Assembly (NCBI GenBank): GCA_043228905.1
Contig: JBHGNT010000005.1
Coordinates: forward strand, 682,001-746,000
Length of the DNA stretch: 64,000 nt
Source: Azolla caroliniana
Lineage: Eukaryota > Plantae > Polypodiophyta
Reading direction: 5' to 3'
The notes under the pieces are model-generated. The model saw nothing but the letters and a program-made list of their open reading frames with translations. It was not told the origin of the DNA and made no database searches. Shown piece by piece: positions 10,809-23,603 of this stretch. Every line of letters starts with the position of its first letter. The first letter of the stretch is position 1. Position numbers and translations under genes: made by a program.

Positions 10809-11883
10809 ACGCCCCTCTCCCTACATGGGCATATGATAGGTAGAGGAGACTAAGAAGTGTTGTAACTAAGTGGATTTTACATACAATTAATATAATTGTG
10901 TGCTTTTACCAGAGAGAGAGAGAGAGAGAGCTCGATACACTTATGAACAACACACTAGGGATGATTAACACAAGTCTAGCTTAAAGACTTTCTCTATATT
11001 AATATGCATCAAGTTCAAAAATACCTATAATGAGGTATATATGTACATGTCATGTGCAAGGGTGCCCATGTGTGAGGAGAATATAGGTATAAGGATGTAT
11101 GTCCTATATTAAATGTACTTGGGAGTGGAGGATCTAGAATATATCCCGCTTAAGTAAAAGTCTTATTTAAGGGATTTAGGTCAAAATACTAACTAGATTA
11201 TATTTATGTAACTTCTAAGTTACGTAATTGACAAAATAACTAAACTTAGTTGAGCTTGATATCTCAACAAATTTGACAAATGCTTTTTTGTTCCACAGTA
11301 TGTCCCGTTTTGTACAAGTCACCGTTTGTATATTCTGTGTGTTTCTTGAGTACCAGCTTGAGCTAACAATCGGCAACGGTTCGGTTTGAACCGCGAAACC
11401 GCAAATTAACAGCTTAACGGTTCAGTTCAGGTTTAGGTATTTTTTAATGGTTCGGTTTCGGTTTGGTTTCAACAGTCAAAAACCGCGGTTTAAACGGTTT
11501 AACGATTTTTAATTTTTACTTTTTTTTTAAAATTTTAAAAATTAAAAAAAAATTCTACAAAATTTTAAAAATTGTTTTTAAACAATTTTTTCATTTTTAC
11601 ACCTTATTCTCACATTTTAGGAACATCTTAAAAATTCTAAAAATTCTAAATAATGAAATATTATAAATTTTAAAAAATTAAAAATTAAAAATTTGACCTA
11701 TGTTTAAAACCGAAACCGAACCACGAAACCGCGGTTTTTACGATTGAATGGTTTAACGGTTTGGTTCGTTTTAGTTCAGGTTTCAAAAAATTTAAACGGT
11801 TCGGTTCCAAACCTGTTCGGTCTGGACCCTCTCAAACTGAACTAAACCGTTGCCGATTGTTAGTACCAGCCATACATTGTGGA
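10809..11883 (+). repeat. Duplicated segment A' (copy of 1757-2849)
   Basis: Colinear similarity to 1757-2849. Confidence 0.9.
11364..11862. mobile_element. hAT-type MITE (family 1), same insertion site as 2336-2828
   Basis: TIRs TAACAATCGGCAACGG...CCGTTGCCGATTGTTA. GTACCAGC occurs at 11350-11357 and 11863-11870, with a 6-nt filler TTGAGC before the left TIR. Confidence 0.8.
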
Positions 11884-12839
11884 CAAAACATTTTGTACAA
11901 GACACCGTTTTGTATAGGCTTCTTATCATGATAATTCATCCCCTTTGTTGATTGACCTTATAAAGAATGTTACACAATATGTCCAAAAAGGCAAGGACTA
12001 CTTCTTATCATGATAATTTGTCTATATTGTTAAGTATTGCTTGAGGTATGTAATTTGAAGGTTGGAGTATTAAGTTTGGTGTATGTAATTGGAAGTTTTT
12101 GAGTAAAAAGGTGTGTAATTTCAAGCTTTAAGTCTAAAATTTGGGGTAATTGAAAGATTTTGGTTTTGGATGACGCATATTGGTGTGTAAAATGAAGTTT
12201 TAAGCTTTAATGTAAGCGCAAATTGAAGTTTTTAAGTTTTGTGTAATTGGAAGTTTTTGATTATTTTAGAGGAAATTTGGTGTAAGATTTTGATGGCAAA
12301 TTTTTGTTTTTAAACTTGGAAAATTTTGAAGTTTTTGATGTCTGAATTTGACTCGGGTGCCTGCCTTGAGAGGGTCAGGCTCTTGCCCTAAGATTGTTGG
12401 GTTCATGTCGTGAGTGGGTTAGGCTCCTCGTGACAAGATGTTTTGAGAGAGTCGGGCTCTTGGTGATGTCAAAGGCTGTCAATGTTTTCGATGGAGCACG
12501 GACACTTTTATTATTATTATTATTATCTATAGATGGAACGGTGCAGATCGCCAGCCTCCCTCAGGCACGCCACACCACGACACGCCACGACTCGCATCGT
12601 GCGGCCAGTGGCCGCGATTCCCTTGCCAGGCCTCTTTATGAATCATGATTTGATGAGCTACATACATATAAACATACATACATTCATTCATTCTTACATA
12701 CGTACTGATACAATGTATGTATGTATAATGTATGTATGTTCTCTATTTCTCTATTTACTTATTTTATTTTGCTTATTTATTTATTTATTTATTTATGCAT
12801 GCCCGGCCCTTACCCCTGTCTCTGCTCCTGCCCCTGTTC

Positions 12840-12876
12840 TCTGTATCTCTATCTCTATCTCTATCTCTATCTGTCT

Positions 12877-12948
<72 letters not shown>

Positions 12949-13050
12949 AAGGTGGCGTCTCCATCTCCATCCCCATCCCCATCCCACGATTCTTGAGTGA
13001 CTCCATTGCGCAGCAGCAGCAGCAGCAGGATTTGGTGGTGGTGGTGGTGG
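12840..13050 (+). repeat. Compound microsatellite in the CAX leader: (ATCTCT)n, (GT)~34, (CAG)n, (TGG)n
   Basis: Directly visible. It is the source of the CVCV/HTHT spurious ORFs. Confidence 0.9.
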
Positions 13051-13092
13051 GATTGCTGGTGCTGGAGGAAGAAAGAACAGAAATTTAAGAAA

Positions 13093-16000
13093 ATGGCCCT
13101 AAACCCTAATCATGTACATGATGGCCGTGGACATTGCGATGGCGACGAGGAATCAGAAAGGATGCAGAATGATGTAAATCGTGTTAATGCTAATAATCAC
13201 ATACCAAGAGCAGCAGATCACAGATATATATTAGCATCATCATCATCATCATCATCTGGTACTGCTACTACTATTACTACTACTACTACTACCACCAATA
13301 CTACAACATCTGCTGCTGCTCCGCAGCCTCTTCCAATCGGTTCTTCTGCAGATCCGAAAATATGCTTGTTGATGACATCTCCTTCTGGCGCTGTTCCAAG
13401 AGTAGCTATGGTAGACCATCATGGAATGATGATGATGAGAGGGTCTTCTTCGTTCTTCTCGTCTTCTTCTGCTCGTTGCCTCAGCCGCTTTTTCTGGTTC
13501 TTCTTGTTCCAGAACAAGTTCAGCTGGCTCTTGCTATCCATACCTGCATCTTTCATCGCTAAAGCTACAGGTTGGAATTCCAAGGTATTCTTATTGCTGC
13601 TTATCTTCGGCAAAAAGATAACTCCCAAATACGCCCGACTTTTACTTCATCTCCCCTCCCCCCCCCCCCCCCCCCCCCCCCCAGATGCTCTCCCCCACTG
13701 GAGCTGGTGCCCCTATTTCACCAAGAAAAGCTAGAGAATGGTATCACACATTTTCTCCCTCTCGCTCACGAGCACTTCTTCTCAGCTCTATTCATCTCGA
13801 ATGTTTCCATTATCTCCTTGGAATGACCTTGGTTAATCCCGTCTTGTGCAATTGGACCATCAAATCATGTCCTTTTATTCCCATGAGCAAATGGCTCAGT
13901 GTATGTTCATGTATAGAGAAGTTCACGTATAGTGGTTCCCTCTAAGTTGTCTGAGGCGTCGAAAAATTTATTGCATTTTATATAAGTAGCCTTCTTATTA
14001 AATCAACGATTTATATGTATATCAACTTCATACTGGACTTGCGTGGCAGTTTTGTTTAATAATTATGCATTGGAGTTTGTTGACCCAAATACTTAACATA
14101 TATTACAGGTATTTCTATTTATCACTAGTTTGGTTGGTATAGTTCCTCTTGCAGAAAGGCTTGGTTATGTCACAGAGTAAGCATTTAATTGAATTTCTTC
14201 CTGTAGTTCCTCTGTAATTCATGATCATTCTGATGCTGAATCTGCTTTCTTTTCAGACAACTGGCATTTTATACAGGGTCCACAGGTTTATTCCACAATC
14301 TTCTATCAGATGTTACGTAATACATGTTGCTGTTTGCCCTTGTTTTGTCGACACATCAAGAAATTTTTAGACATTGGGTTGTGCCCTTGTATATATGTTT
14401 CATGCTACACTATGAGTGACCATCTAATGTATTGAAACATGCCTATGAATGCAAGCAAAATCTATATTGAATTTTACATCATTAAAATGTTTCTGAAGGT
14501 CAAAGTTATTTGATGCTATCACATTTTACAGCATTTGCATGCCATGCCTGGCATCAAATTCATAGATTTGAAGCCCCTATATCCCGTTAAAGTTCAAACT
14601 ATAGGATGATTAATGTTGTCTCTTCTTAATGGCAGTGGGTGGGCTTTTAAATGCGACATTTGGAAATGCCACTGAGATAATCATCTGTCTTTGTGCTCTC
14701 CACAATGGGTTGATGCGTGTAGTGCAGCTCTCTCTCTTGGGTTCAATTTTATCGAATGTGCTATTAGTACAGGGTTGTGCATTTTTTTTGGGTGGCCTTT
14801 TCCGCCTCGAACAAGGTCAGAAGTTCAGTAAGGTAAATTAGTTTGTATCTTTTTCATGTTTAAATGTTTCGAAAAGTTTTTTTTTTTTTTCTATTTTTGA
14901 AATTTTGTATCTGAGTTGTTTTTTAAATCTATTTTTTCTCAGGTTTAGATATTTTGGAAAATGAGTGGGTTTAAGGATTTCGTATTGTGGAACTACATTT
15001 GTTTCTTTATTTTATTGTGTAAAAAGTTAGGATAATGCTTTGTAAATTTGAAACAAAATCTGTTTTTTTTTTTCGTTTCTCATTTTTGTCCAACACTTTA
15101 AGAAACTTGGGTTTAGTAATGTTGATATTGTTTCTTTTTTCATTTTGGAAAGCTTGGGTTTGTAATGTTATAACTCTTGCAGGCAGTAGCTGGAGTGAAT
15201 TGTGGTCTCCTATTGATGGCAGTCATGGGAGTATTACTTCCCGCAGTGCTGCATTCCACTCACACAGAGACAAAAGATGGCATATTGAGTTTGTCAAGAT
15301 TCAGTAGTTGTGTCATGTTATTGGCTTATACTGCATTTTTGTATTTCCAGTTGAAAAGCCACAAACACCTGTATGATATCCCAAATGAGGTTAGCTGATG
15401 CTGCTTGATAAATATTATTATTAAACTAGAACAGTTTTCTTTGATTTACTACAAAGACTGAGATTGTTGAATTGGTTGAAATTCAGCAATAATGTGGCGT
15501 TTTTAACTAATCCTGCTTTTTTTGTACATGTAATTGAATTAAATTCACTGTCTACATGATTATGACCTTGTTCCGCAAGTTCCCCTTGATAAAGGAGATT
15601 GGTGCATTTTTCTGTACTTTTACCGGAGGAATTTCGATATTCCAAAGTAAACAGCGTTTTCAAGATTCTTAATGTCTTTAAGACTTTAAGATGCTTAAGT
15701 GAATCTAAATATGTTTCTAAGTCAGGATGTTTTAAGGCTTACCATTTTGAGAAGCATACTAAAATCTTACTGTTATTTTAAACTTCCAATAGAATGAGTT
15801 GCTGGAAGAGGAGATAGGAATAGAATTGAGCGCCTGGGGGGCAGTATTTTGGCTAGCTGCAGTTACTGCTCTCATATCCTTATTATCAAACAATTTGGTA
15901 GATGCTATAGAGGTATAATGACTTTGCGTTTCAGTCTACTTAATTTTCTTTTTATTCTACAGAATTGATCGATTTCCTTGGACATACCTCAACTATCTAG

Positions 16001-17488
16001 TCTTTTAGTTGAAGAATTTGTTTTGAAAGTCTCTCTTCTGCAGGATGCATCAATTTCTTTGGGCATCCCATTGCCGTTCATTAGTGTTATCGTACTTCCG
16101 ATTGCTGGAAATGCAGCAGAACATGCTGGCGCTATCATATTTGCAATGAAGGATAAGCTAGTGAGTAAAAATAATTGTGAGATGTGGTTTTCTGTTGTAC
16201 TTTTTTTTGTTAATAGCTATTATTCAGTCACACGCTATGGCATGACCATTTGGCAGGACTTGTCTTTGGCAGTCGCAATCGGATCATCAATACAAATTGC
16301 TATGTTTGTAGTAAGAACCGGAGCTTACTTTTCGGGAATGTGGTTTGGAATATAAGAAATATGAATTGAAATATAGGTAGAATGCAGTGTTTTGAAATAC
16401 AAGGGAAAAGTTGCTGGAGTGTATAGATCGAAAAGTTTTGTCAAAGGGGGTTCGATGCGAGCCGCCTTTCTTTTGGAGGGGGTTGGATTAAAATTATTGG
16501 AGAAATGTTTGGCATTTGGTTTCAAATACAGGGAGAAGTGGTTGTTGGGTAATTTTTGTTGGAACTATAGCAAAAGTCCCTTGACCTTAAGTGGCCCTGT
16601 GGTTTATGAATAGAAATATAAGATGGAGTGATTTGAAATACATGGAAGAAAAGTGGTAGTTGGGGGGTTGGTCTGGAATTATAACAAAAGTTTCTTGAGT
16701 TGAAGGGTTCATGTTGTTTAAGATGACTGGTTGAGAAAAGGCTCTTGAGGTTGAGGGTTCGTCTCATTAGAAGATAGTGTAGATTATTGGGCCTTGGATT
16801 TTCAGAAGGTTTCCTTGTTTTAGTTAATTTTATAAATCTCCTAGTGTGGATTTGTATCTTTTGTATTAGATGCCCTTTTGAATTCGTTTTGTGACTTTAC
16901 TATTTCTAGATCCCGTTATGTGTAGTGATTGGATGGATTATGGGAAAGAGAATGGATTTAGATTTTCAAATCTTCGAAACAACAACTCTTATGGTTACGG
17001 TCATTGTGGTGGCTTTCCTCCTTCAGGTGAGTTATGGAGAAGAGTAGGTAAAAGGAGGGTTAAGGGCTACACAAGTTGTTGTGAACTAGGTTCAAATGTA
17101 TATGATGTCTGTTGACAGGAGGGTAAATCAAACTATTTCAAAGGGCTGATGCTGATATTATGCTATTTGATCGTAGCAGCCAGCTTCTTTGTTCATCACG
17201 ACCGGTCTAATTCATCTGGTAAAGACTTATATTATTTAGCTCTTCTATGCTTTCTACCACTTGTTACTCTCAACCCATCTAGTAGGCAAAAATGTGCTTT
17301 TATCTACTGCTTGTTACTTTCGACAACTTGATAAAAGATTAAAATTCCAATCGTATGAGATAAGTGTGGACATTTCATGGTTGTAAAAGCATTAGTGTTC
17401 CATACTAGAGGTGTGCAACTAGTGTGTTAATGAGAGTTCTCAGAACTCCTTTTTTGGTTTTTGTACTGCAGATACAGGATTGCTATGA
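13093..17488 (+). CDS. CAX: Vacuolar cation/H+ exchanger, type-IB (CAX2/5/6-like), about 505 aa, 11 exons
   Basis: Exons (GT-AG, phases consistent): 13093-13584, 14109-14176, 14257-14285, 14636-14832, 15183-15389, 15793-15912, 16044-16160, 16257-16310, 16910-17026, 17119-17218, 17472-17488. Motifs: [14 protein letters not shown], alpha-1 [15 protein letters not shown], alpha-2 [36 protein letters not shown]. Confidence 0.95.
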
Positions 17489-19575
17489 AGATGAATGGAT
17501 TTTGACATGATACACAAATTCAAGCAATCAAGTATATGTATTACTTCAGAAGAAAATACCTTAAAAGGAATGACAAAGTAAGTAGGTCTACACAGCCACA
17601 TAAAATGTGCTTGAAAAGTGTGGAGAGAAATTCCCCTTAAGTTGAAGGGTCCTTTTAAGATGTTGTACTATAAAAGCGAGACGTGTATTATTTCCATAGC
17701 ATATCCAGTCTTATTAGAGAGTTAGGTCGAGCATTTATACAGTCATCACCAACTTGTGTAGCTAGCCTTTTAATTTTATTGTCTTGGGTTTCTTGCATAT
17801 CGTAGAACCACAGCTTTTAAAACGAGGGGTTTTAAGTGCTGAGTTGTATGTTTGAGATGTTTGCTATTTGGAACTTGCCTTTAAGATGTGATTGTATGGA
17901 AATTTTATTCTGTTTTTGAACATAACGGGAAAAGGTGCAGAAAAACGATTTTCGTGTGTATATACAAATCCATTGAGCACAATCGAATGCATTTTATGTG
18001 TACAAAATGTACCTGAAACATAAGATTATGCATTTTCATAACAATTCGTCATTGCTTACATACATGGAAGGTTATGCGTTGTCTAAATATTTCTTTCTTA
18101 TTTTAGCCGAAAATTGATCTTCCCTCTTCTATTACAATAATGAACACAAGCATGTGTTTGTATTAACTTTATTTTTGGGTAGAAAACAAGAAGTGTTTTG
18201 ATGGGGTATTAAGGGTTATCTTTTTGGTTGGACAATATCCAAATTGTTCTCCGGTGGAGTCATGGTTATTAGTAGGTTAGTTCATGTAGGGGTTCATGGT
18301 TTTTACCATCTTTCTTTGTATTATTTAATTAGAGACATGTAATTTACTAGGATCATTATCTTTTTTGCCTTTAATTTGTGCAGGTTTTCGTTGATAGTTG
18401 AAACTAGCAACCATTTGAATATATTTGAATGTTCTCTAATCGGATGGTAGGGAAAGCAATAGTACCTAGATTTGGGATTTCAATCACTTCCCATGGTTAA
18501 TTTAATTCATTCAAGTTGAGAAGTTGTGCTTCAAATAGATCTAAGGAAGGTGATGAATAAACATTGCGTTTATGGTGACGAAGTGTGCAACCCTAGAGGG
18601 AAAAAGTTGGGGCTATTTATAATATCTCCAGTTTTTGAACAACTCACCTAGTTATACATTAAAACGAGAAACTCCTAGAAAATAATGAGCATGAAAACTA
18701 GCAAAAAAAAATTGTGAAAATTTGAAAGATTTTGGTAACATGAATTAATTGGATACATGGACACTACACAAGATAGTTGAGAGACCACAATAAGTATTAA
18801 AATTCGAAAGCACTAACACCACACTTGGAAATCTACGTTGGCTTGACTTTGCAAATACTTCATATGTGAGTGACAATCATGGGCGATTGTGGATGTAGTA
18901 TTGGAGGCCTTTTGTGCCTATTTTTTGTGGGTTCTCACTTCATCATACCTTTTGTGCATGCATATACAGTGGACCTAGTCAAGTATTTCGATGGTGTGCC
19001 AAACTTATCATGGATTGATTCCATCAATCTTCCTGGGTTTCATTGGGTGTTGAAAGCAAATTAAAAAATGCATTGTAACGTAAACAAACACATATCATAG
19101 TATCTCACAAAAGGAGGTCTAGGGCAACATCTTGAACATATTGCCCATTAGTAACGAGGAGAGGGGTGTGATATACTAGTTTTATCTCCATCGCAAATCA
19201 TATTGGCTTCACTAGATTTTTAAGAATTCGAAGAAGAAGAAGCCCCACATTTCTAAAGTGTCACAAACTCCCAAGTCTTAGTTGATTCCATATGAGTTTA
19301 ATAAAAACGTACCACAAATGGAAGGCTCTATATTTATTGCATTTTCGAATTATTTTTTTTTTCTTGGATCAATGGATAGAAATAAATTTATTTGCATTTG
19401 ACGGTTAATGTCACAACGTCATGACATCTCTCTTCTACTTCTTCTTCGTTTCTTCATTCCCTCTTCTTCTTCTTCTTCCATTCTCTTTCCCAACTCTGCC
19501 TTTCTTTCATGTTTCTATCCATCCCCTTCTTCCCTTCTCTCAAAAGGAAATCTTGCACCCAGCCCTAGATCGAAC

Positions 19576-22500
19576 ATGGAGTTGGATTTCGAGCCAGTGT
19601 ATTGTGTGGAACAAATCCAAGTCCCCCTTGAGTTACCACACCTCTTGAAGAAATTCACTAAGGAGGTGCTTCGAGCACAACCATCCAACCTCGAAGAGTT
19701 TGCGTTTCAATACTTCCAGCAACTTCTCAGATCCTCCAAAGATAGAGGACCCGACCAACCCCCTTCCATCCACCAAGTATGATAGATGTATTATTCACAT
19801 TTATATGTGAGGTTGTTGGTTGATGCATGTTTTAATATCTTTAATGATGAAAACTTGGTGTTAGCCATTGGAATTATGTGGGGGGGGGTTGTCTTGGCAT
19901 CAATGGCTCTAAATGTTTTGAGCTTGCTATCGAAAGAAGTCCAAATGTCTCTCTCAAAACACCCTTTCATGTGATGTAATTTAATGGAGCGGTCCATTAT
20001 CAAATAATGATTTAGTTGAATGATAACCTTCACAAGTTGGGAGATTCTCCAACATTTGTTCAACCAATTCATGAATTCACAAATTGGTTGGTTTGTATTT
20101 CCCTCACTAGCAACATGAAGACGCATATAGAATTTGGAAAATGGTTGTTGGGGTTTCCAATCGTCTTTCCATATGAGTTACGAATGGGTGTTGGTGTTCC
20201 CTCATTATCAAACATGAGAATGTTGTATATAGACGTTGTTTGCTTTTCAAAATGCCTTTAGAGAAAGGAACAAAATCCCCTCCATTGCAAGGAAATCGAA
20301 GCACTTAAAATTCATGAATGAGAATCTTGTGTGAATCATTTGATCTCCAAATACCTCACTTTAAGGGTAAATAGAGGCATGCCTAATTCATCTTGAAAAT
20401 GCGTTCAATTGTAACATTTCTTTCTATGTTTTCACATGCCATAAAAGGAACCTTATATGCTTTTGTATTTGTATTGTCATAGATTCAAGGAGTGTGGAAT
20501 GCGCTTAAAAGCAATGACGCACTCAAGCAAAGTGAGATTGCAGAGACATGCTCCCTAAATGGGATCCCTTTATCTATCATTGAGCGAGTGTTTCATCTAG
20601 GTGGATTTAGTGGAGAAATGGTAGATCCTAAGGAAGTCATAATTCTTCTTATCACGATGTCCGTAAAGGTGAGAGAAATAATGATTAATCTACAATAAAT
20701 AGCCTTCAATTGTTTTCTCAATATCTTTAAGAAATTCCAAGCATAATGTCCGTAACGCAATGCATCTATGCCTAGCTAGTTATTACTTGCATGATAATTG
20801 GTTTATTGTAACAATAAAATGTATGTACTTGATTCATGGTTATGCATTAGTTTATGGTTTTAAAGCAAGACATTTATGTGTATCCTATCACATACTTTAA
20901 TTTGAAATGTGTCATTTTGTTGTTCTGCAGTCATTCACTGCACTCCTAGAGGCAATGTTTAAAGTGTTTGGACATCAGAGTGGAAGCATGATCGATGTTC
21001 CATTATTCTTCAAGCTCTTTTTCTTCATAGCAAAACGTGATCGAGATATCTCTCCGGATTCCATCAATGAATTGACAAAGGATTTGTAAGTACTCTATGT
21101 GTTACAATTTTGTTTTCTTTGTGCTTATCATGTTTCTAAAACTATTTAATCTAGGGAAAAGACACATATCTCTAGTTTGATGGGTGCATATGGGTAGGTA
21201 TTCTATGAGAATTTCTTTACAACCCCTTTAATTTATAACCCAAACTTGCTAAAGTAGCTCTTAACTCCTGAATCATCTTACAGCACAATAGCTTTCAAAA
21301 AGAAAACCTTGCTTACACTAAATATTTAAGAATGCAACAATCATATATTCGGATATGAATTTAAGCATTCATATTCAAACAACACTCAAAAACAACTTAA
21401 GAAACAAGACTAGGTTCACCTCCTAGAATGATATAATTAGTTTTGATTGTATTGGAGGTTGTGATACACAATAATCCGAGGATATATAGACAGACTTCTT
21501 TTGTATCTACTTAGCAATTTGACATTATGAGTTTAAATTTTGTCCATTTTGCCATTAGCCCACTTTACCTCTTAAAGACTTCTTTCGAGGAGTTCTATCA
21601 AGGTTGTGCACTATGTCATTGCACAATCTACGACATAAAGTGTTTTTTCCAAGTGTGTGCACCGTGCTAGTAGCCTACTCTAGGCCACATGAGTACTTCA
21701 AGTTTATCAATTGTAGATGACCCAACTTGCACATTATTGTAGGTATTCGGTCCCATATGTTGCTTTGGCTATTGAACACAATATAATATTGTTTCTTCGA
21801 TGTGAGGTATTCATCTAAGTTCCAAGAATAAAAAACTTCATATCATTGAAAGTATTTGGTCCCATATGTTGCTTTTGCCTTTGTAAAGGGGAAGTAGTAG
21901 AAATGATATTTTGAATACCTTAAATGATGGTTTCTACTACTCCCCATTTATAGGTTGGTTGCAATTTAAGATAATTTATCTTCTTTGTCTTAAACCCGTT
22001 TTTCATCCTCCAAAAGGTTGTCCACATATTCAACCCAAAGAATGGAAAAAGGTTTCATGAATATGTACATGTCAAAGTGGTCCATCTAAAGAAAGGAACG
22101 ACTAACTTTTGTAAATAGAAGCCATCGCATGGGACTCATAAAACTTTCGCAAATGGGACACTAATCACAAGTTTCATCTTTGTCTAGATCAGAAACTCAA
22201 TTGCTTTTTTCTGAGAAAGAAAACTACTACTAATGCTCTTCCATGATCCCAAATCAAGTGATCCATAACTCATGTGACATGAATTGTGTGCATCTTTGCA
22301 TGTGCGTTATGGTCAAGAAACATGTGCATAGTGAATCTTTGCATGTTGTGATATATAACTATTTCTCTACATCCCTTAATTTGATTAGGGTGATGAATGC
22401 ATGGGTAGGTGGTAGAAATGTTGTTTTCTTTCTTCTAGGACCAAAGCAACACCAATGCCTCACATGCAAACCTACTATCGAGCAAAGTTGAAACTCTCAC

Positions 22501-23603
22501 ATAAAAAATATTAACATATTGCTATTTGTAGTACAATAAATAAGCAAAATTACTTTCTTCAGATCCCTCAATGGTGTCGCCAAAGACAATACCATGGTTA
22601 TTAGAATCCTTTATTTCACAATGTTCACAATTTCATATAATCATCATGATCAGAAAAGAAGAAGAAAAAGATACATTTCAAAGTAACCTCATTAGTCTTG
22701 ACCTCAAATTAAACCTAAATATGTATATAGATAGGTATATGGGCAGGCAAGAGTTACAAGTTACAACATAAACTACTTCCATTTGCTCAAATTTATGATT
22801 TCACATCTAGAAGTTTGCTTTAGTGAATGAATAATGTTCCTACGAAAACAAACAGTTGAAGATATATGACTTTAAATTTCATCAAGTAAATAGAATATGA
22901 CCAATATAAGATATAAACATACACCAACCTCCTTTTGGACATATGCTTGATTCCATGAAACGCAACCATGATGTCTTATACTATTGTGCCATCTTTTGTT
23001 ATTAAACATGGCCACACGGTATATGATATTTGTGAGCATGTGTGCAATGTCTACATATGAACATGTCCCCAAAGTAATGTTGTAGCCATGTATTGGGCGT
23101 TGTAACATGGGATCTAAATTTGAGGTGCCATAACTTTATCGTACATGTTCATTCATATCTGGTTTGGGTTTTTATTCCCAACTTTCAGAGGTGAAACTTG
23201 CAACTTGGGTAAGCTCTCTATAGATTGACTACAATTTATAAGATGAGAAAACCTTTTTAGGGATGCACAAATAACCTACATTTTTTCAAAAAATTGGTAT
23301 AATCCTTATGTTGACTTGGCAAGAAAATTCACCTATACATGAAAATGTATAACTCAAAAAAGAAAGAAGTTTACATCACTCCACATACCTATCTATGAAC
23401 ATGATGTCTCACTAAGGTATTTCACATTAATATGTATATTTTTGTTTTATCTTTTGCAAGAAAGCCTCTATTTTGTTGTAGTGTTAATTAGAATGAAGAT
23501 GAAAAATGGTTTTCATGTATATTGTAGGGCGGAACGACAAGAAGTGTCATACAATGATCTCAAATCAAGTCCTCACTTACAAAAATACTTTACACAACAC
23601 TGA
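19576..23603 (+). CDS. RSP11: RIIa dimerisation/docking-domain protein, radial spoke protein 11 / ropporin-1-like, about 205 aa, 4 exons
   Basis: Exons 19576-19776, 20483-20668, 20931-21085 and 23528-23603 (last exon inferred from phase: TT|G GCG GAA...CAC TGA). The N-terminus MELDFEPVYCVEQIQVPLELPHLLKKFTKEVLRAQPSNLEEFAFQYF matches the ROPN1L/RSP11 RIIa signature. Confidence 0.8.
22903..23525 (+). repeat. Duplicated segment B' (copy at 2850-3480)
   Basis: Near-identical to 2856-3480. Similarity stops at ATTGT, 2 nt before the splice-acceptor AG. Confidence 0.9.

Noticed and set aside
12533-13088. Overlapping ORFs with CVCVCV, HTHTHT and poly-Q runs
   Set aside because: Stop-free translations of microsatellites in the CAX leader.
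13654-13682. Poly-C run giving poly-Pro in ORF 12997..13734
   Set aside because: Lies in CAX intron 1 (donor at 13585). The ORF simply reads through the splice site.
19408-19575. In-frame upstream ATG adding a 56-aa Ser/Phe/Leu-rich extension to RSP11 that resembles a transit peptide
   Set aside because: The composition follows from a CT-rich 5' UTR. Family similarity starts at MELDFEP (19576). Not excluded without TSS data.
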